A stretch of 42,868 nt of DNA from Candidatus Methanoxibalbensis ujae (lineage in GTDB: Archaea > Halobacteriota > Syntropharchaeia > Alkanophagales > Methanospirareceae), in NCBI GenBank assembly GCA_026134085.1, contig JAOQIN010000011.1, forward strand, positions 1-42,868, read 5' to 3'. Below, one piece after another: positions 1 to 9,365 of this stretch. The notes under the pieces were generated by a model. The model was not told where the DNA came from and did no database searches. It saw only the letters and a program-made list of their open reading frames with translations. How positions within the stretch are numbered: the first letter of the stretch is position 1; each line of letters opens with the position of its first letter. Position numbers and translations under genes: made by a program.

Positions 1-7
1 CAAAGCT

Positions 8-362
8 ATGATAGCGATGGAGAATCTCAGGGGATTGCATCCTGTTAAAGGCAAAAATTCCAGAAAGAACAACAGAATGATCGGTAACCGGGTAAGAGGT
101 ATTTTTATTAAATACACTATCTACAAAGCAAAATGGGAAGGGATAAGAGTTAAGCTTGTTTCTCCTAGAAACACATCTAAGACATGCCATCTCTGCGCAA
201 GGTTTGAGAGCCGATGCAACTTTCTTTTGCGAACATTGCCGACACACCTACAACGCAGATTTCAATCTGCGAACATTGGCATTAGGGCGACGCTCCCTGA
301 TGCCAGAGGGTGCGCCTTAGGGCTTATGACCTATAACCCCGCGAAAGCTGGGAGTAGTTTAC
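8..362 (+). pseudogene. tnpB: 3' part of an IS200/IS605-family tnpB, frameshifted, with probable element right end
   Basis: Frame 2 gives RuvC-II IAMENLRGL, YKAKWEGIRVKLVSPRNTSKTCHLC. The second Zn pair and RuvC-III (FFCEHCRHTYNADFN, 222-266) are in frame 3, then SANIG returns to frame 2. GGAGTAGTTTAC (351-362) resembles an IS605-type right end. 5' part lies outside the window. Confidence 0.8.
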
Positions 363-429
363 CTACTTCTCGCTGCAGGACTGCGATAAGGAGTAGATGA
401 CTTCAAATTTCTCTCAGGGCAGACTGGAG

Positions 430-780
430 CATCAATCAGCGTAACGCATCGTTGAGCAGAACAGGTAGAGCGCCGCCATCTTGCTGAGGCTTGATGCGGA
501 AACCTGCATGCGCCTCAGGTTTTCCGCCTTTTCCAGCAACTGCCCGGCCTTGCTTTTCGTCTCCCCATCCCGGCCATCCGCCAGTTACGTTCATGAAGAA
601 GCTTGGCTGTGTTGCCTGTCTTATTGATCCTGTCTCACTATGGCTATGAACTTCTGCTTCGCCATATATCCTCCTCTGGCGTTTCATCGAAATCCGGTGG
701 ATGGAGCTCTCCTCAACCGACAGGATGCCCCTGGAGGTGCCTGTGGAGTTCCCTCCAGATGGCTGTCATATCACCTCCGC
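430..780 (-). pseudogene. decayed operon relic, possibly including a flavodoxin/iron-sulfur-flavoprotein-like gene
   Basis: Two strong RBS+ATG sites (GGAGGTGAT-ATG at 769; GAGGAGG-ATAT-ATG at 665) without intact ORFs. Fragments MAKQKFIAIV, KTGNTAKLLHE and LLEKAENL lie in different frames. Confidence 0.25.
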
Positions 781-1213
781 GAAGCCGAAGGCGAAGCTCG
801 CTCCCTGCAATCCCGTGCCTGCAGCGTCTGCCAGGAGCGTTTGTCACACTCTCTGATCTTCATCCGGACATGTTCCACCGCCGCTGGATCCGGGGCACTC
901 TCCCCTAATCGCCCACGATGCGTGCACTCCTTTTATACCTTTTGATGGTTATCTCCATCCGACCGCATGCGTATTTCTCCTTTATGTATGAGTCACATAA
1001 AACCAAAATGCCGCACCACAAAATGAGGCGTTAATTCTCATCATTTATCCCACGCTTACGCATGAACGCCAAAAAAAAGATGAATTGAAGATGAGCATGG
1101 TCATCCATCAATGTGGCAGCACCATCCATCAAGCTGGAAACTGCGCAGGCAGACCTGAATCCACTGCATGAGCCCGAAGCAATGTTGATGGTTGGAAGTT
1201 GATGGTCAAAGTT

Positions 1214-2437
1214 TCAGCGGGCAGATGCTGCCAGCGGCTGTTGTGTTTGAGACACTGACGAAGTGCATGCAGTCGCAAGTGCTTCATCAGCATCCACCCT
1301 GCCGAATCCGTATTCAATGTCCCACCCTGCGTTTCCGAGATCATCAGCGGTTCTCGCAAGTATCTTTCTGACATCCTGGTTGCGGAGAGATGCGTTCTGA
1401 GACCACACAAGCGCTGCAACGCCAGCAACAAAAGGAGTTGCCATTGATGTTCCGCTCATATACACATACTTATCGTCCGGATAAGTGGATAGGATATGCT
1501 CTCCCGGAGCAACAAGCTCCATTTGAGCGCCGTAATTGCTGAAACTGCATCTTTTGTTTTTCTCATCTATCGCACCAACGCATATAACCGTTCGGAACTT
1601 GGCGGGATAGCATATCCCCCGTCTGCCATCATTTCCAGCAGCGGCCACAAGTATACATCCTTCTTTCCATGCGTACAGACAGGCTTTTCGCAATGTTTTT
1701 GATGGTGTGTGGCTGCCGAGGCTCATGCTGATTATTTTCGCATCGCTCTGCACGGCGTGGACGATACCTCTCACAACATTCCATGTGCTTCCGATGCCCC
1801 ATCTGTTCAGCACTTTTTCCGCCATTATTTTGACCTGAGAGACTCCTGCAATGCCGAGACCGTTGTCCATGACAGCGGAAGCTATCCCCGCGCAGTGAGT
1901 TCCGTGTCCGTTGTCATCCATGGGGTCATCATCATTGTTCACCCAATCATAACCGCTGTCATCATAATTATCACGCAAATCCTCATGATTGTAGTCAATG
2001 CCTGAGTCAATAATTGCTATTTTCACACTTTTATCGCCCTTCTGAACATCCCAGGCCCTGTCTGCTTTTATTGAGGTAATGCCCCATTGATCGGAATATA
2101 AGGGATCATTGGGCGTGTATAATGCGTGCACAACGAGATTTGGCTCAACAAAACTCACGGAAGGCTCACGTATCATGCTTTTCAAAAAATTCCGATTCGC
2201 ACGCACTAGAACGCAGTTCAACACTGGCTCTCTTTCCAGGACAACACCTCCATGTCTTATGACAAGCATATCCTGTGCTGCAGCCGACACTCCATCCCTG
2301 AAACACACGATCACCTCTCCACTCGCAACTGCATTCGTCGCGGCTGGTGCAGCTGTTGCAGCACTGTGATGGGCTGCGTTCACGGCAATCGCAATAATCA
2401 CAACAAAAAGCCAGATCCCCAATTTTATATGTCTCAT
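1214..2437 (-). CDS. secreted subtilisin-like S8 serine protease (thermitase-like)
   Basis: Signal peptide and propeptide; catalytic motifs IAIIDSGID, HGTHCAG, GTSMATPFVAG; oxyanion AAAGN. ORF is open to 2503; start placed at MRHIKLG. Confidence 0.93.
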   Translation of the reverse strand: MRHIKLGIWLFVVIIAIAVNAAHHSAATAAPAATNAVASGEVIVCFRDGVSAAAQDMLVIRHGGVVLEREPVLNCVLVRANRNFLKSMIREPSVSFVEPNLVVHALYTPNDPLYSDQWGITSIKADRAWDVQKGDKSVKIAIIDSGIDYNHEDLRDNYDDSGYDWVNNDDDPMDDNGHGTHCAGIASAVMDNGLGIAGVSQVKIMAEKVLNRWGIGSTWNVVRGIVHAVQSDAKIISMSLGSHTPSKTLRKACLYAWKEGCILVAAAGNDGRRGICYPAKFRTVICVGAIDEKNKRCSFSNYGAQMELVAPGEHILSTYPDDKYVYMSGTSMATPFVAGVAALVWSQNASLRNQDVRKILARTADDLGNAGWDIEYGFGRVDADEALATACTSSVSQTQQPLAASAR

Positions 2438-2538
2438 CTCACTCAGCATTCCCGTTTCTGCTTTAACTTTAAATAAGTTGCGATATTCATGATTTTTTAT
2501 CAATCTCTCCTCTTCATCATTTCATCAATCTCTCAGAT

Positions 2539-3276
2539 TCAACGGGAGAATTTTGAGAGTGCAGATGAGATGATCTCATATAGTTTTACATCCACATCTC
2601 CGCGCTTGCGAAGCACAGCGGAGAGAAATGCGAGTATTATGAAGGAATATCCGAAGTATCTGCTCAGATCATCTGCCATAACTCCGTGCAGCTGTGCAAT
2701 GATGTTTGAGACCATGACTTCAGCCGCGTATATTGAGAGGATAAGCGGGATTGTCCATAGCCTCAATCTGAATTCTGAAATGTAAAATGCGAGGAGAAGA
2801 GGAGAAATGAAGAATGAAAATTTTGAGATCTCATATATGACAGCGCCAATTGGAGATGCGAGCATGCGTTCAACATACGCTTCAAAATCTGAAACACGAT
2901 GGGCACTGCCTATTATGAGTTTTGAGAATGACTCCCCGAAGAAGTCATATGCATGCCAGTCAACAAACCACTCAGTCACTGTATCATATATTTCCACGAC
3001 ATCATCCTTCACAAATGAATGCGGTGACGCGGATAACATCACATTTTTCTCCTGTGAAATTGGATTTTCAATGAGATACACAGTGATTTTCTCGCTCTCT
3101 TCTTCTCCAAAAATACTCCTCACATCCTCCGGTATTTCATCAATGCCTATCTCCCTGACTGCTGAAACCATATATATGCCCGCTTTCTCCGAATTTGAAT
3201 GTATGATATATGGAACAACAGACAGCGAATAGCATAAAAAAAACAGGAGCATCACAAACAGGCGTCTCTTGCTCAT
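2539..3276 (-). CDS. hypothetical membrane protein
   Basis: 245-aa ORF with N-terminal hydrophobic segment and 3-4 C-terminal TM segments; co-oriented and tightly spaced with both neighbours. Confidence 0.75.
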   Translation of the reverse strand: MSKRRLFVMLLFFLCYSLSVVPYIIHSNSEKAGIYMVSAVREIGIDEIPEDVRSIFGEEESEKITVYLIENPISQEKNVMLSASPHSFVKDDVVEIYDTVTEWFVDWHAYDFFGESFSKLIIGSAHRVSDFEAYVERMLASPIGAVIYEISKFSFFISPLLLAFYISEFRLRLWTIPLILSIYAAEVMVSNIIAQLHGVMADDLSRYFGYSFIILAFLSAVLRKRGDVDVKLYEIISSALSKFSR

Positions 3277-3291
3277 CCCGTCATCAACTCC

Positions 3292-4605
3292 TCATAATCT
3301 CTCTCCATCTTGGTCTTTTTTTCTGCTCATCACTGCACGCTGCCTGCTCTCAAGTTTCAATAATATCAGATATATGATGAACACGAGTGTAATTATGAAG
3401 ATACCTGCGTATATGTATTCGGAAGGGATGAGGGGTTTTGCAGGGAAAACGCTTATCTCATACACATTCATATTGGAGAATTTCTTCCCGAATTCGTCCT
3501 CGTATGATATGAGGATGTTAAACGCGTGCCTGCCGAAATGCACATCATCAGCCACTCTTATGCCGAATGCAACAGTATGCGTGTCATGAGGTGCTATCTC
3601 TCCGACGAACTTGAGACTTTCTGTCAGTATGTCGTCGCCACCTACAATGCGCACCTTCACATTTTCGGCGTTCAATATTCCTGTGTTCACGAGCGTGAGC
3701 ATGAACAGTCCTTCCGTGCCTGCTGTAAGCTGCGAGGGCTCAACTGTTATTTCCTGAATGAGCACATTCGGCAAGCCCCTCACCTCAACGCCTATGCTTG
3801 TGTTTTTTGAGAGGGAGGCGAAGTCGTCGCTGTATTCCATGACGAGAGGCAGCTCATAGTAAATGCGGTCTGCCACCTCAGATGCATGGTGCTCAACAGC
3901 AATATGAAATTCCGCAATGAATCTCTCACCAGGCGCTATTTCGCGGAAATGCACCTCCAGATCCCCGTTCAACGGTGTGAATGGCGTTCTTTCCGTCCTC
4001 AAAACAGCATTAAGTGTTCGTATTCTCGCTTTTCCAACATTCTGCATCTCAACCGTTATCCTTCCTGTGCCCCCGGGCACAAGAACCTCCGGATCCGTTG
4101 AGACATTCAATATATCTATCTCAGACTGCGCAGCCACTCCGCTCACACGCAGTCCAAAATACAAGATGTCGCTGCGTTCCGCGGTTTCACTTTCAAAATC
4201 GTTCGTCCAGTAAACACAGAGCGGGATCTCATACACAGTCGGCGTGGCATTTCGCTCAACGAAGAAATCAAATTCAACAGTCACTTCGCGATCCGTGCCA
4301 ACCGCATAGTAAGGATAATTGCCAACGCTTTTCCGAGCATTCCCCACGACCTTCACAGGCGCTCCCTTTAATTTTTCAGCGAGAACCTCCGCAGACACGC
4401 GATAAGCTGAACGATTTCCCATGTTTTTCAGTGTGATGCGCACAGTCGTTTTTTCAGATGGATGAAGCTCAGTTGGCGAAACACGCAATATGCAGAATTT
4501 CCCCTTTTCGATCTCAGGTGATGAAAGTGCCTGCTGAATCGCGGCAGCGGATGTGGCATTGCAGACCAGAAACAGCATGACGAGGGCGGCAGCCAGTCGT
4601 CTCAT
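3292..4605 (-). CDS. COG1361-type S-layer-domain/Ig-like (CARDB-like) membrane-anchored surface protein
   Basis: Signal peptide MRRLAAALVML; three repeated beta-rich modules (LKNMG, MQNVG, LVNTG); C-terminal TM plus basic tail. ORF is open to 4695. Confidence 0.8.
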   Translation of the reverse strand: MRRLAAALVMLFLVCNATSAAAIQQALSSPEIEKGKFCILRVSPTELHPSEKTTVRITLKNMGNRSAYRVSAEVLAEKLKGAPVKVVGNARKSVGNYPYYAVGTDREVTVEFDFFVERNATPTVYEIPLCVYWTNDFESETAERSDILYFGLRVSGVAAQSEIDILNVSTDPEVLVPGGTGRITVEMQNVGKARIRTLNAVLRTERTPFTPLNGDLEVHFREIAPGERFIAEFHIAVEHHASEVADRIYYELPLVMEYSDDFASLSKNTSIGVEVRGLPNVLIQEITVEPSQLTAGTEGLFMLTLVNTGILNAENVKVRIVGGDDILTESLKFVGEIAPHDTHTVAFGIRVADDVHFGRHAFNILISYEDEFGKKFSNMNVYEISVFPAKPLIPSEYIYAGIFIITLVFIIYLILLKLESRQRAVMSRKKDQDGERL

Positions 4606-4689
4606 GCTTAAAAGATCGTTCAAATGAAAAATAACTTTTTCTTGCCGCTCAAGCCACAGGTAGAGCAAAGCGCTGAGAGGTGAGCACCT

Positions 4690-5502
4690 GTGCATGTTTC
4701 AATCGTGATACCCACATATAATGAAAGAGAAAATATACGCATATTGATACCTGCACTTGTGAACATCATGCGTGAAAACAACATCTCGGGAGAGATTATT
4801 GTGGTTGATGATAACAGCGCCGACGGAACGGCGGAGGAGGTGGAGAGAATATCCAAGATATTTGCGGAGGAGTTCCACATACATGTGATTGTGCGGGAGC
4901 GAAAGATGGGAATTGGCTCCGCGTATAAAACAGGTTTTGCAAACACAACAGGAGATGTCATCTTTGAAATGGACGGTGACCTCTCACACGACCCTGCTAT
5001 GATACCCGAATTCCTCAAAATGTTGCGGACATACGATGTGGTGGTGGGCTCAAGATACATGCGTGGGAACTGCACAAACAATCAGAGCAACTTCAGACGC
5101 ATCATAAGCATCGGCGCGAACATGATTGCGAGAAAGTTGCTTCAGCTCAGTGTCAGAGATGCGACAAGTGGATACCGCGCATACAAAAGAAATGTCATAA
5201 AAAGCATAGATATGAACCATATCCACTCGGAAGGATATGCATTTCAGGTTGAAATGGTGTATAAAGTCGAGAAAAAAGGTTTTAAAATTGGAGAGATTCC
5301 CATAATCTTCAGAGACAGGACGGCTGGACGATCAAAACTCGGAACAAAAGAGGTTGTCAGATTCTTTCTGATAGTGTTAAAACTCGCATTGTTTGACAGA
5401 CGCCCCGGAGGCATCGTGCACAGCCGCAATGAACCTGTGTCGAAAGAAGAAGCGGATACGGTAAATGATAGGGTGATAATAATAGATAAAACAAACAAAT
5501 AA
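4690..5502 (+). CDS. GT2 glycosyltransferase, polyprenol-phosphate mannose synthase (DPM1-like)
   Basis: SIVIPTYNEREN, VVDDNSADGT, EMDGDLSHDP, VVGSRY, DATSGYRAY, GYAFQVEM, FRDRTAGRSKL; GTG start. Confidence 0.92.
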   Translation: MHVSIVIPTYNERENIRILIPALVNIMRENNISGEIIVVDDNSADGTAEEVERISKIFAEEFHIHVIVRERKMGIGSAYKTGFANTTGDVIFEMDGDLSHDPAMIPEFLKMLRTYDVVVGSRYMRGNCTNNQSNFRRIISIGANMIARKLLQLSVRDATSGYRAYKRNVIKSIDMNHIHSEGYAFQVEMVYKVEKKGFKIGEIPIIFRDRTAGRSKLGTKEVVRFFLIVLKLALFDRRPGGIVHSRNEPVSKEEADTVNDRVIIIDKTNK

Positions 5503-5563
5503 AAAAAATAAAATAAAAAAGAACTAAATAACAGAGAACGAAGGCAGCTGGCAAAAGCTATGA

Positions 5564-6013
5564 ATGAGTGACAAAGAGAAGATGCGGCAATATGTGAATC
5601 TTGAGAGTTTGAAGAGAGAGCTAGAGAGGCATGGCATATCTCCCACATTCCAGAGGCTTAAAATTCTTGAATATCTGAGGAAGAGCAAAAGCCATCCGAC
5701 AGTGGAGATGATATATGAGGCTCTTTCAAAGGATATTCCGACCATATCAAAGGCCACAATATACAACACATTACACATCTTTGCAAGAAAGGGAATAGTC
5801 GCAGAGCTCTCAATATGCGAGGAAGGCGCGAGATTTGATGCAAATACAGAACCTCATGCTCATTTCAGATGCGTGAAATGTGGAAACATATACGATGTGG
5901 ATTTTATGTTTGAGAGAATAGATGAAATTCATGGTCACAAGGTGTTTGAGATAATCATATGCCTCAAGGGCATCTGCAGGAACTGTGCTCATGAGAACCG
6001 TGCTGAGGATTGA
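5564..6013 (+). CDS. Fur/PerR-family transcriptional regulator
   Basis: TFQRLKIL, HPTVEMIY, ISKATIYNTL, PHAHFRCVKCG, GICRNC. Confidence 0.92.
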   Translation: MSDKEKMRQYVNLESLKRELERHGISPTFQRLKILEYLRKSKSHPTVEMIYEALSKDIPTISKATIYNTLHIFARKGIVAELSICEEGARFDANTEPHAHFRCVKCGNIYDVDFMFERIDEIHGHKVFEIIICLKGICRNCAHENRAED

Positions 6014-6204
6014 ATCTGATATTGTCGCTGCCGATTCCCGTCTTTTCATCTTTTCACATCTTTTCATAGAGCATGGGTGGCAGGTGGAAAATTATGGATA
6101 TGAGAGGCTCAGTTATGAGCGAGCGGGTGCTGTGGAGATTGAGCCTCCACAACTGCAAGACTGAAAGCGCCGGCTGTGGAAAGTGGTGAGTGTGAGTATG
6201 GCTG

Positions 6205-6246
6205 AATGATTCCTGCGACTTCAGTCGTAGTCGTGGGAGGTGTTCC
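6205..6246 (+). mobile_element. isolated IS200/IS605-like terminal hairpin relic
   Basis: TCCTGCGACT-TC-AGTCGT[AGTCGT]GGGAGG resembles the CCCACGACTTCAGTCGTGGGAG hairpin found at IS605-family ends, with a 6-bp internal duplication. Confidence 0.4.
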
Positions 6247-6439
6247 GATTCTAAAAGAAGGGGGCACCGCCCGGCATATGCTGTGTTGCGAAGAACTTTC
6301 TCAGTTCGGCTGGTGTTGCTATATGGATGTGTGTGAGAAGGCTGCGTCATGCCTTCAGCAATGGTTTCTGTGTCCAATGCGTCATTTCTGCGCTTTTTCT
6401 TTGGACACAGTCAGGCTTTTGTGCAGGCTGGCAATCAAT

Positions 6440-7831
6440 TCATGGAACGAGTCTGCGTCTGTCTCTTGGGAACAGTATGACCTCTCTTATGTTTTCAACA
6501 TTGAGCATTGTCATGAGCAGTCTTTCAATGCCGAGACCCCATCCTGAATGAGGAGGCATTCCATATCTGAACGCCTCGAGATAGAACCTGAAGCTCTCGG
6601 GGTCAAGCCCTCTCATCTCTATATTTTTTCGCAGGAGATTGTAATCATGTATGCGCTGAGAACCTGATGCGAGCTCCAGACGAGGATGCATGAGGTCAAA
6701 TGCGTTACATCTTTCTGATGATGCGTCTTTATCACAGCCTGCTGCAGCTGCTGGCATTGCGTAATAAGGCTTGATCTCACAGGGCCAGTCTGTGATGAAG
6801 TAATGAGCACCTATTATCTCGCCGAGTGTCTTCTCAGCGATCGTGCTGAAGTCATCACCCCATTCCATCTCAATATTGTGCTCACTGAGCAGTTCAATTG
6901 CATGGTCGTAAGTGATGCGCTCAAAAGGCTTTTTCGGAACTTCAATGCGAAAGTCCATTTTCTTTCTTTCGGTGTATTCCGCGATGCCCTCGTATATGAA
7001 CACAACAAGATCCTCAAGCAGCGACATCACATGCTCGTGATCGGCGAACGCAACTTCAACATCCAGTGATGTCGCCTCGTTGAGATGTCTCGTGGTGTCA
7101 TGCTCCTCAGCCCTGAATATTGGACCCATCTCATACACAGCATCAAAGCCGGATGCCATCATCATCTGTTTATAAAGCTGAGGGCTCTGATTCAGGAAGG
7201 CCTCCCTCTCAAAGTAGGATATCGGGAAAAGCGCTGCACCCCCCTCCGTAGCAGTTGAAACTATTTTGGGCGTGTTTATCTCAACAAAACCGCGGGAATT
7301 CAGGAATTCTCGTGCCAACCTCTGCACCTCGGCACGCACCATGAATATGTTTCTCACTCTCTCCGAGCGCAGATCCATGAACCTCGCATCAAGTCGCGTG
7401 TCGAGATTCGCATGAACTTTTCCCGTGGCATCCAGCGGAAGCTCAGCAGCCGCCTCGTTCAAAACCTCAAATGTGCGCGGCACTATCTCAAAACCACGAG
7501 GCGCCCTGCGGTCAGCCTTCACAACGCCGATAACCGCAACAACAGACTCACGACTGACTCCACGCGCACGCTCTATCATCTCTTCACCGACGGTCTCCCT
7601 CCTGAATGTCACCTGCACAATGCCTCCCCTGTCTCTTATAATGGAGAACAGAACGCCCCCCAAGTCCCTGCGCTCATGGAGCCAGCCAGCAACGCAGACC
7701 TCCCTGCCATCCTCATCCGCTGATATCTCGTCCGAATACCTCCTGCAAGACTGCAGAAAGCGAAGCATCTGATTCAGTTTTCCCACATCAACATCCATCA
7801 TCCCTCGCATCTCTCCATTATCAAGCCTCAA
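6440..7831 (-). CDS. aspS: aspartate--tRNA ligase (archaeal type)
   Basis: OB-fold [37 protein letters not shown]; motif 2 [14 protein letters not shown]; motif 3 [15 protein letters not shown]. True start may be downstream. Confidence 0.97.
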   Translation of the reverse strand: MRLDNGEMRGMMDVDVGKLNQMLRFLQSCRRYSDEISADEDGREVCVAGWLHERRDLGGVLFSIIRDRGGIVQVTFRRETVGEEMIERARGVSRESVVAVIGVVKADRRAPRGFEIVPRTFEVLNEAAAELPLDATGKVHANLDTRLDARFMDLRSERVRNIFMVRAEVQRLAREFLNSRGFVEINTPKIVSTATEGGAALFPISYFEREAFLNQSPQLYKQMMMASGFDAVYEMGPIFRAEEHDTTRHLNEATSLDVEVAFADHEHVMSLLEDLVVFIYEGIAEYTERKKMDFRIEVPKKPFERITYDHAIELLSEHNIEMEWGDDFSTIAEKTLGEIIGAHYFITDWPCEIKPYYAMPAAAAGCDKDASSERCNAFDLMHPRLELASGSQRIHDYNLLRKNIEMRGLDPESFRFYLEAFRYGMPPHSGWGLGIERLLMTMLNVENIREVILFPRDRRRLVP

Positions 7832-7868
7832 TCAACAATCATCCCCAATCATCAAGCTGAAGCGCACA

Positions 7869-8594
7869 TCAGATAGCACTTTCCCCGCCGCAGTCCTCGC
7901 AATTCTCATTTCTCCTCAGTTTTATCTCCTCCGTTCGTGCGTTCATGCCGTCCCACCACAGCATCCTGTTCTCAAGCAGCTCACCGCGCCCCAACACATA
8001 TTTCAGCACTTCAACCACTTGAATGCTTGCGATCACACCGCATGTCGCACCGAATACAGGTGTAGCTCCTTCCGGAGGTGGCTTCGGAAATATACAGCGA
8101 AGACATGCAGTTTTTCGGGGAATTATAGTCATCACTTCGCCCTCCAATCCATATACCGCTCCATGAAAAAGCGGAATGTTTTTGCGCAGTGCACATCTGT
8201 TGAGCAGGTATCTCGTTTTGAAATTGTCCATTGCATCAACTATCAGCCGCGCATCATCCACAACATCATCAATATTTTCCGCTGTTATGCTGTCCGCCAC
8301 CACCTCAATGCAGACCTCCGGATTCAGCTTCTCAAGCTTTTCTCTGGCTGATTCCACTTTCTTCCTTCCTATATCGGGGAAGAAGTGCAATATCTGCCTG
8401 TTCAGGTTGCTCTCCTCAACGATATCGTGGTCTGCAACTATGATCTCACCTATGCCAGCCGCTGTCAGATAGAGGAGAGAAGCGGAGCCAAGACCGCCAG
8501 CACCTGCAACAAATACCTTCGTGTCCCTCAACCGCCTCTGACCATCTTCGCCTATCATCGGTATCTGCCGCGCATATCTCTCAGCACTCATCAC
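7869..8594 (-). CDS. ThiF/MoeB/UbaA family E1-like adenylyltransferase
   Basis: ERYARQI, GAGGLGS, SNLNRQIL, DAMDNF, Zn pairs CLRC and CEDC. Confidence 0.93.
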   Translation of the reverse strand: MMSAERYARQIPMIGEDGQRRLRDTKVFVAGAGGLGSASLLYLTAAGIGEIIVADHDIVEESNLNRQILHFFPDIGRKKVESAREKLEKLNPEVCIEVVADSITAENIDDVVDDARLIVDAMDNFKTRYLLNRCALRKNIPLFHGAVYGLEGEVMTIIPRKTACLRCIFPKPPPEGATPVFGATCGVIASIQVVEVLKYVLGRGELLENRMLWWDGMNARTEEIKLRRNENCEDCGGESAI

Positions 8595-8606
8595 TTACCC
8601 TCTCCA

Positions 8607-8747
8607 TCACTCATAACTGCCACTTATCGCCTGCTGATCCCTCGCGATATCACGCACAAGATTCTGATAGCATTCCTCACAAAGCAGCTCCCTGCCAACC
8701 CTCTTCAGATTTTTCGCTTTCTTCCCACACTTATCACAGCTCACCAT
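8607..8747 (-). CDS. 46-aa CxxC...CxxC zinc-finger microprotein (below ORF-track cutoff)
   Basis: Hand translation MVSCDKCGKKAKNLKRVGRELLCEECYQNLVRDIARDQQAISGSYE; GGAGG RBS upstream; stop 12 bp before the thiF-like start. Confidence 0.75.
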   Translation of the reverse strand: MVSCDKCGKKAKNLKRVGRELLCEECYQNLVRDIARDQQAISGSYE

Positions 8748-8779
8748 TTTATCAATCCTCCTCTCTCCACCTCTTCCTT

Positions 8780-8845
8780 CACATTGACATCAATATTGAC
8801 ATTGACATCAACATCAACATCACCATCACCATCACCATCACAAAT
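8780..8845. repeat. low-complexity hexamer tract (ACATTG/ACATCA/CCATCA)n
   Basis: acattgacatcaatattgacattgacatcaacatcaacatcaccatcaccatcaccatca, intergenic. Confidence 0.7.
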
Positions 8846-8912
8846 CCACATGAAAGCTCATATCTCATCGATCCGCTCATACGGCACATCTCATCATCGG
8901 CTTCGACGATTC

Positions 8913-9167
8913 TCACAGGAATGGAAACGCTGCCCCTTCTGCAACAACACTCTTCACCTCATTCACCTTCGCCTTGATCGTCGTCTCAACGAAGTTTGTG
9001 AGTGTGATCTGACTGAAAGGACAGCCCGCGCATGCTCCTCTCAGCCTCACACGAACAACACCGTCCTTGACATCCAAAAGCTCTATATCTCCGCCCTCCA
9101 TCGCGAGTATGGGCTTTATCTCGCTCTCAATCACCTCACGCACTCTTTCCTCCAGACTCCTTTCCAT
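8913..9167 (-). CDS. NifU/Nfu C-terminal domain Fe-S carrier
   Basis: IKPILAMEGGDIEL...VRLRGACAGCPFSQITL; start MERSLEE. Confidence 0.92.
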   Translation of the reverse strand: MERSLEERVREVIESEIKPILAMEGGDIELLDVKDGVVRVRLRGACAGCPFSQITLTNFVETTIKAKVNEVKSVVAEGAAFPFL

Positions 9168-9365
9168 ACAGCTCTTATTTATTGAGCGGCAATTTATAGG
9201 TTGGCAGTGTTTCTCCATCTGAGCTCGCAGAATGGCGCAGAATGGGAAGCATTATATATATGTGATATGTGATTGAGTGTGTGATATTGAGTATGTGACT
9301 GAGTATGTGATATGAGCGTGCTGTAAGCGATGATGATTTAAAACATGCGATCTCTTTCAATAAGG

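Noticed and set aside
8385..9185. 266-aa plus-strand ORF
   Set aside because: It is antisense to three well-supported minus-strand genes and runs through a low-complexity tract.
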